This document shows positions 48,171 through 54,018 of a stretch of 54,018 bases of DNA, piece by piece. The notes under the pieces were generated by a model, which was not told where the DNA came from, did no database searches, and saw only the letters and a list, made by a program, of their open reading frames with translations. Within the stretch, counting starts at the first letter, position 1; every line of letters begins with the position of its first letter. The position numbers were made by a program, and so were the translations under genes. The stretch is from Chlamydiales bacterium (GTDB lineage: Bacteria > Chlamydiota > Chlamydiia > Chlamydiales > JACRBE01): assembly GCA_016213235.1 (NCBI GenBank), contig JACRBE010000013.1, forward strand, positions 1-54,018, given 5' to 3'.

Positions 48171-49514
48171 TTATGAATCAATTTTATGGTATCTGGTAGC
48201 CTTGCCACGACCGCTTTTTTTAAGCATACCTTCTTTCACTAATTGTGTTAGTCGTCGCGTAGCCGTTGCACGAGGAATATGTAAAGCCTGCATGATCTCA
48301 GATACGGAAATGCTATCTGCACTAGTAAAAAGTTGTAAAAATTGTCCATATTTGTGAGAAATCTGTTCTGTAGCATAATTTGCTCGAGGAAGAATGCATT
48401 TGACAAAATTTTCTCCATTAATAATGACAGGTTCTGGTAGCCCCCATTTCTCATAGGCATTATAGGCAGTAAGTAAGCCCGTTCCTAACTTTTCCACGAA
48501 GCGAGCCTCTCGAAAGATTTTACAAATGGCCATATTGCGAATATCTGTCAATCCAAGCTTCAAACTAGCAAAAGGGGTTGGAAATTCTCCTGGACTAAAA
48601 ATTTCTATCCGGTCTTGATAGATCGATACTTTAATTGGAGCACGTAGATGGTAGTTGCGGTGAACAATGGCGTTCAAAAGGAGTTCTCGGTAGGCGATTT
48701 CTGGTAATTCATATTTCTCATTGCGAGTAGCTCCCTGTATGGTAAATGAACGGTTGAGACAACTCAATCCGAATTCATAGGCTCCTGCAAATTGTTCAAA
48801 CAGAGTTCCCTTGCAATCTCGGGTTGCAATTGCCTCACGCCCGGCAGTGCCGGCAAAATGTGTGCAGATGATCATCGCTTCAGGAAACCATTGCTCTAGG
48901 CGCTTGCTAAAGTGCAAGATACCGCATACCGTTGGGTAGATGATTGTTTGCTCTTCTGTAATCAATTCATAATTTTTAAAAATTTCTTCAATCATTGGTC
49001 CAGTTGCCTGATTTAATCGCTCTCCAAAAAACTGGTTTATTTTTTCCAGATTCAAATCTTCTTTTGTTGCTCGATAAACCGGCATCCCATCAAAGGAAAT
49101 TCCTCTCGTTTGCCAGCGTAATTCATCGATCATGTCAGCATTTGCACGAAGCACAGAGCGTCCTACCCGGATATAGGTTCCTCTATCCGGGCCCTCGGAT
49201 TTAATAAAATAGGGTTTGTTCATACCGGCTGAAACTTTAATTTCTAAAATAATCTTATCTCCAATACGTTGAGCGATAACTTTAGGAATAATTGTTGGAG
49301 TTGCAGCTTGGTATATGGAATGCTCTAAACATTCCATGATCTGCATGGTTTCATTTTCATCGATACCCACAATAGTCCCGTCATTTTCAACCCCAATGAT
49401 CAATCTTCCTCCAACTTGATTACAAAAACCAATAACAGTTTTGATAATCTGTTCGTTTTTAGGGATTTCTTTCTTGAATTCTAATGTTTGGGACTCAGAT
49501 TCGGGGTATTTCAT
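48171..49514 (-). CDS. AlbA_2 (Schlafen-like) domain ATP-binding protein with HATPase-like and wHTH domains
   Basis: ESQTLEFK, FCNQVGGRLIIGV, RELLLNAIVHRNY, DRIEIFSPG, EKLGTG, C-terminal HTH. Confidence 0.9.
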   Translation of the reverse strand: MKYPESESQTLEFKKEIPKNEQIIKTVIGFCNQVGGRLIIGVENDGTIVGIDENETMQIMECLEHSIYQAATPTIIPKVIAQRIGDKIILEIKVSAGMNKPYFIKSEGPDRGTYIRVGRSVLRANADMIDELRWQTRGISFDGMPVYRATKEDLNLEKINQFFGERLNQATGPMIEEIFKNYELITEEQTIIYPTVCGILHFSKRLEQWFPEAMIICTHFAGTAGREAIATRDCKGTLFEQFAGAYEFGLSCLNRSFTIQGATRNEKYELPEIAYRELLLNAIVHRNYHLRAPIKVSIYQDRIEIFSPGEFPTPFASLKLGLTDIRNMAICKIFREARFVEKLGTGLLTAYNAYEKWGLPEPVIINGENFVKCILPRANYATEQISHKYGQFLQLFTSADSISVSEIMQALHIPRATATRRLTQLVKEGMLKKSGRGKATRYHKIDS

Positions 49515-49524
49515 AAAACCTCTA

Positions 49525-49611
49525 TTGATGCATATTTCAAATACAACTCAGATTACAACTCAATGAGGCGTATTTGTCAAACATAAAAAAAATACACCTC
49601 ATATGCATCAA
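49525..49611. promoter_or_regulatory. Operator-like repeats upstream of the AlbA_2 gene
   Basis: AATACRMCTCA-like motif at 49540, 49552, 49563 (inverted) and 49591, bracketed by TTGATGCATAT/ATATGCATCAA. Confidence 0.55.
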
Positions 49612-49813
49612 AAAAAAACATTCTCAATGAAGAGTTTAGAATATATCCTGTCGTTTCAAATCCTAAGAAACAAATCTAAAATCATTTGTTTTTCACAGTG
49701 GTTTTGGCTTCTGAATTCAAAAAAATTACCATTTTTTTACAGCGCTGGTTTGGTATATAGTAAAATATAATGCACTAGATTCTGATATACAAGCACTTAG
49801 AGTTAAACCTTTG

Positions 49814-49888
49814 AGATGAGTTATGGAAGCTTGCTCTATAACTCATCTTTATATACAATCATGAGTTATAGAGGGGGCTATTACTCAT
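49814..49888. promoter_or_regulatory. Operator-like ATGAGTTAT repeats upstream of the Fic gene
   Basis: Four alternating copies at 49816, 49838, 49861, 49880; 13-bp perfect IR at 49834-49846/49861-49873. Confidence 0.65.
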
Positions 49889-50987
49889 GTCCTGGAACTG
49901 GGAGTTGCCGCATTGGCCAAAATTTAGTTATAACTTTGATCAAATATCCAAGCAGGAAAGGCAATTCCTTTTAGGTATGGGTAGCGCATCCGCATTTCTA
50001 AAAAATATTGATAAGCAAGAGTCCAATCAATTTATTGTTGAGATTCTTAGTTTAGAAGGTTTAGGAAGCTCCAAGATTGAAGGGGAAATTCTTGATAGAG
50101 AGAGTTTACAGTCATCCATCAAGAAACACTTTGGATTGCATTATACTCTAAAACAAGAAGCCGATAAAGAATCTCGCATGGCGAGTCTTCTGTGTAGTGT
50201 TTATGAATCTTTTGATAAACCATTGACACATGAAATGCTTTGGCAGTGGCATGCTGAGTTATTTCTAGGTCAGCCTCAAATTACCGATTGTGGCAAATAC
50301 CGCACTCATGTTGAGCCCATGCAGATTATTTCTCGCCGTTTGGATGCTCCTATTATTTTCTTTGAGGCTCCTCCATCAAGCAAGGTCCCTCATGAAATGA
50401 ATCTGTTTATCGATTGGTTTAATTCCACAAGTGCATCAGGCTCTATTTTAGGGAGGGCTGCCATTGCTCATATCTATTTTGAAAGCATTCATCCTTTTGA
50501 AGATGGCAATGGAAGAATTGGACGCATTTTGGTTGAAAAAGTCCTTTCTCAAGGTGTTGGTAGGCCGGTATTGATTGCTATTTCCAAGGTATTAGAAAAA
50601 CGCAAAAAAGAATATTACTCGGCCTTAGAAAAATGTAACAGAACATTGCAGATGCAGCATTGGGTAGAGTTTTTTGCTGATGTAGTCTTAGAAGGACAAG
50701 AAGAATCAATGAACTTGCTCTACTTTTTGATTGAAAAATCAAGAATACTTACGGCTCTTTCAGGGCAAATTAACCCGCGTCAGGAAAAGGCTTTGCTGAG
50801 AATGTTTGCAGAAGGTCCAAGCGGTTTCAAAGGGGGACTAAGTGCAGAGAATTATATCGCGATCACAAAGACCTCCAGAGCTACAGCTACGCGCGATTTA
50901 ACAGATCTTGTTCAAAAGGGAGTTTTAGTAAAAACCGGAGATCTTCGCCATACCCGTTATTGGTTGAACCTAGCTAAAGAATATTAA
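49887..50987 (+). CDS. Fic family protein (DUF4172 N-terminus, C-terminal HTH)
   Basis: WNWELPHWPKF, SSKIEGE, HPFEDGNGRIGR, SRATATRDL. Confidence 0.92.
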   Translation: MSWNWELPHWPKFSYNFDQISKQERQFLLGMGSASAFLKNIDKQESNQFIVEILSLEGLGSSKIEGEILDRESLQSSIKKHFGLHYTLKQEADKESRMASLLCSVYESFDKPLTHEMLWQWHAELFLGQPQITDCGKYRTHVEPMQIISRRLDAPIIFFEAPPSSKVPHEMNLFIDWFNSTSASGSILGRAAIAHIYFESIHPFEDGNGRIGRILVEKVLSQGVGRPVLIAISKVLEKRKKEYYSALEKCNRTLQMQHWVEFFADVVLEGQEESMNLLYFLIEKSRILTALSGQINPRQEKALLRMFAEGPSGFKGGLSAENYIAITKTSRATATRDLTDLVQKGVLVKTGDLRHTRYWLNLAKEY

Positions 50988-51030
50988 TGGCTTGTAGATT
51001 GTTTTAAAAATGAATGCTCTATTTTTTTAT
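50984..51030 (-). repeat. Displaced copy of the M16 peptidase 3' end (direct repeat of 52239-52285)
   Basis: 43/47 identical; KKIEHSFLKQSTSH* versus KKMEHPFLKQSTSY*. Confidence 0.92.
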
Positions 51031-51137
51031 CAATATCAGAGGTGTCAAAATGGAAAAAACAAAATTTTTGCAAAATCAAATTTTGTTTGAGCATTATCTC
51101 TTGATACATATAATCCATAAAAAAAATTTGGAGAATT

Positions 51138-51335
51138 ATGTCTTTTTTTTCTTTAGTCCAATCTTTTCTAGTTAAGTTGATTGTTTTTATTATCATATCT
51201 CCCGTGATCGGATATGTTGCTTTAGAAATCGTGCAAAATCTGGAAAAAGCTAGAAAGTTGGTGGGGAAGAAAAAATGGATAGCGTTATCTATAGCAGGAT
51301 TTCTTATTGCTGTTTTACTTGGATGGTTACAATGA
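51138..51335 (+). CDS. Small two-TM hypothetical protein
   Basis: GGAG RBS, 65 aa, two hydrophobic segments; ATGA overlap with the next ORF. Confidence 0.55.
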   Translation: MSFFSLVQSFLVKLIVFIIISPVIGYVALEIVQNLEKARKLVGKKKWIALSIAGFLIAVLLGWLQ

Positions 51336-51526
51336 GATATTTTGTTGTGGTTATTCTTAGTTTTGTAGGATTAGCCAATGTTGCATTTTCCTTAGAATTG
51401 GATGCTTCTACTGTTCTTGAGTATGTTGAACAAGGAAAAACCCAAGAAGTATTGGGCTTATTTTATACGAATGAAAATTTAACTCTAGAAGAACAAAGAT
51501 ATTTTATTTTCTTCCTCCATCATTAA
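51332..51526 (+). CDS. Signal-peptide-bearing hypothetical protein, possibly truncated
   Basis: MRYFVVVILSFVGLANVAFS signal peptide; 64 aa. Confidence 0.45.
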   Translation: MRYFVVVILSFVGLANVAFSLELDASTVLEYVEQGKTQEVLGLFYTNENLTLEEQRYFIFFLHH

Positions 51527-51694
51527 GTCTCGAGCCTACTGTAATAACTCTTCTTCAAAACAAAACGCTATCTTCTTGAATTCAGAAACGTTTGAGCAAC
51601 TTAATAAATAGATACTAGATCTTAGAAATTCATTTTGTTATACTGATTAGTTAAATCGTCCAGAATGGCAATATGAGCAACTTCAGGAAAAACT

Positions 51695-52229
51695 ATGAGC
51701 CAAGAAAAAACATTTCTTATTCGTAACAGTACCGCTGAATTTCTAATCTTCACCGCACAATCGGGCAAAGATGGCATTGAGGTCTGGGTGGCCGAAGAAA
51801 CAGTCTGGTTGACACAAAAATTAATGAGCATTTGAGCAACTTTTTAGTCAGAAAGAGATCTCTAAAAAAGCAACTATTCGGAATTTCCGAATGGTTCAAA
51901 AGGAAGGAAACCGTGAGATCATAAGGAATATTGAATTCTACAACCTTGAGTCTATCATTGCTGTAGGTTCCCGGGTCAATTCGACTCGAGCTATCCAATT
52001 CAGACAATGGGCCACAGGCATACTGCGAGATTTTACTATTCGCGGTTATTTACTCGACAAGGACCCCTTAAAAAATGGCGCATTCTTCAACGAAGCATAT
52101 TTTGATAGCTTGTTTGATAAGCATATTAAATATGTTCTAGAAAACGATAAGAAGTTAATCAAAGACGGCAATAGTGAACTTTCCATTACGAGGAGGGACG
52201 AAACAAGAGGATCTACCAAAAAAAATTAG
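51695..52229 (+). pseudogene. RhuM family protein pseudogene
   Basis: IRNSTAEFLIF, TVWLTQKLM, then frameshift; FYNLESIIAVGSRVNSTRAIQFRQWAT; most of the C-terminal half missing. Confidence 0.88.
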
Positions 52230-52238
52230 CTCTAAAAG

Positions 52239-54017
52239 TTAATAGCTTGTAGATTGTTTTAAAAATGGGTGCTCCATTTTTTTATTTTCTTCCTCTATCA
52301 TGGATTCACTGGCAAATACTATTTTTTTACCACTATGATAGTTTTTTTTCAGTATCTTGGCAGAGTCCTTTAGATCTTCTTTTGTAACAGATATCATTTT
52401 TTCTCTAAAACTCTGTCTTGTAGGTTTGTCTCGATGCATCTTTTTCCAAGAGTAGGCAAGGGATGCTCTAGATCCGGGAGATAAAGGAGTGTCTAAATCT
52501 TGCATCACCTCAAAGATAGCTTCTTCTACTTGAGAGGATTTAAATTTACCTTTTGCTATTTGATCAATCGCATCATAAAAAATATCAAAAGTATCCACAA
52601 CATGAGGATCTCTGTAGGAATAAAAATGAAAAGCATGGGTGAGCGGATGATAACTGGCTCCTGATCCATATGCACCACCCTGCTCTCTGATTTTCTTATG
52701 TAAATACACATCGGAAATAAGATCAGATAAAATATTCATCGCTCCAGCAAGTGGATGAGTAAAGCCAACACAGGGAATGGCAAATACATTAAAAGCAACA
52801 GGGGAGGAGATGGTAAAAGCAGTAGGAGGAATATCTACCTTTGGTAAATCAAAGGATATAGCTTTATAGTCATGAGTAGGTAAGCCTTTAAGGACTTGAA
52901 AGAACTCATCTTCTATATCGTTCCTGGTACAAGATAAAACAAGAGAGGGGTGTTGTAAGTGTAATATTTTCTGTTTAATATTATTTAGCTCATAGAGCAC
53001 ATCATCAAGACGTGTATCGATATGTTTTCCAATAGAGCAAATAAAGCGGTAATACTCGATACCGGTTAATGCATTTTTTAATGATCCCAGTTTAGAAAAA
53101 GAACTCAATGCATATTTTGTTGCATAAGACATCGCTGCTTTATTCATTCTAGATTGCATATGCGTGTACATTTGTAAAATAAGCTCTTTGATACGATCTT
53201 TTTCATCCAGACGAATGTCACACAGGAAATCTCTCATTAATTTTGCTAAATGGACCTGGTTTCTTTTTAAACATTTTCCTTTAATGGAAAACTCAGGATA
53301 AAATTCATCAAATATGTTCCCATTGCCATGTAAGGATAGTCCTGTACTTATTCCGCCTGTGTATTGCTGAATAAGTGATAAATTGTCTACATAGCTTCGT
53401 TTTTTAGCTCCAAGTTCTGTTAAGATGGAAACAAATAACTGCAGGTAGGGTAGCTGCTTTGTCTCGACATGTCCTAAAGGATAGTTGATATCAACATAGA
53501 TAAAATCATTGGTAAAACAATCATGATAATAAACATCCAAATCATTTGTTTTTTCATGCAATAGGGAAAAATCTTTTGTTTTTAAGGGGATGTCATTTAG
53601 CGTGAGCTTAGGTAAACAATTCATTACCTCTTCACCTTCATCTGTTTCCTGAAATTTTTTGAGTTGCTTTTGCTCTTTAAGGATTTGTTTTTTTTCTTTT
53701 TCTGATAAGCGGGTAGAGATTTGTTTTAGTTTTGCTTTTTCTTCTTCTAATTCTCTTTGAGCAAGTGTTTTATCAGGAGAGAAAACAACTTCTAAAAAGT
53801 GATTGTTATCTAAGAAATATTGTTTGATTAAACTAGGTAAATAATCTTTATGTTTTAATTTTTCTTTTAGCTGATTGAAAAGAGAATGTAGCTTTAGCCC
53901 ATCAGAAGGCGATGCTCCATGTTGTTTCATTAAAGCGCAGCGCCAAAATAAATTTAATCCATAAGGATATTGATCCCCATTGATCTCCAGTCTTGAAAGC
54001 TCTAACTGATGCAGCGC
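52239..54017 (-). CDS. Insulinase (M16C) family zinc metallopeptidase, C-terminal part (5' end outside window)
   Basis: YPYGL, LHKKIREQGGAYG, FYSYRDP; frame open to the window edge. Confidence 0.93.
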   Translation of the reverse strand, partial: ALHQLELSRLEINGDQYPYGLNLFWRCALMKQHGASPSDGLKLHSLFNQLKEKLKHKDYLPSLIKQYFLDNNHFLEVVFSPDKTLAQRELEEEKAKLKQISTRLSEKEKKQILKEQKQLKKFQETDEGEEVMNCLPKLTLNDIPLKTKDFSLLHEKTNDLDVYYHDCFTNDFIYVDINYPLGHVETKQLPYLQLFVSILTELGAKKRSYVDNLSLIQQYTGGISTGLSLHGNGNIFDEFYPEFSIKGKCLKRNQVHLAKLMRDFLCDIRLDEKDRIKELILQMYTHMQSRMNKAAMSYATKYALSSFSKLGSLKNALTGIEYYRFICSIGKHIDTRLDDVLYELNNIKQKILHLQHPSLVLSCTRNDIEDEFFQVLKGLPTHDYKAISFDLPKVDIPPTAFTISSPVAFNVFAIPCVGFTHPLAGAMNILSDLISDVYLHKKIREQGGAYGSGASYHPLTHAFHFYSYRDPHVVDTFDIFYDAIDQIAKGKFKSSQVEEAIFEVMQDLDTPLSPGSRASLAYSWKKMHRDKPTRQSFREKMISVTKEDLKDSAKILKKNYHSGKKIVFASESMIEEENKKMEHPFLKQSTSY

Positions 54018-54018
54018 C

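Noticed and set aside
840..49204. Many 60-140 aa ORFs antisense or out of frame to long genes (e.g. 4638-5051, 41708-42058, 17861-18181)
   Set aside because: Shadow ORFs within well-supported genes, with no motifs of their own
50984..51196. 70-aa minus-strand ORF as a real gene
   Set aside because: Only the last 15 or so codons are meaningful (peptidase relic); the rest is AT-rich and partly antisense to 51138-51335

Overview
AT-rich chromosomal segment from a member of the Chlamydiae (Chlamydiota), most likely an environmental lineage. The assignment rests on conserved chlamydial gene blocks: murF-mraY-murD-LysM-ftsW-murG-murC-ftsQ-cutA-KH-rsbV-miaA, rsfS-fabF-NUDIX, aas-cysS-lysS, priA and ftsY-sucCD-htrA-M16 peptidase. 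Between these blocks lie small accessory patches: TA and defence-type genes (AbiEii-like, AAA/nuclease ATPases, AbrB-Doc, Fic, DUF2442, AlbA_2 ATP-binding protein, RhuM), many truncated, plus lineage-specific effector-like ORFs. No integrase, transposase or CRISPR array is visible. Main observations: (1) at three sites a cargo block sits between a gene's working 3' end and a diverged, displaced copy of that 3' end; the ftsQ relic differs largely by synonymous changes and still overlaps the cutA start codon; (2) three paralogous membrane-anchored proteins share invariant Cys and His motifs reminiscent of DUF1548/NEL domains; (3) a tRNA-Cys-rsmI-nucleosidase-like-SPL-like radical SAM-SDR operon; (4) a transglutaminase-like protein with Ser at the expected catalytic Cys; (5) phased operator-like arrays upstream of cargo genes; (6) an RPE-like MITE inserted in a hairpin; (7) murC without the Ddl fusion. 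Family names were recognised by eye from motifs; no searches were run.
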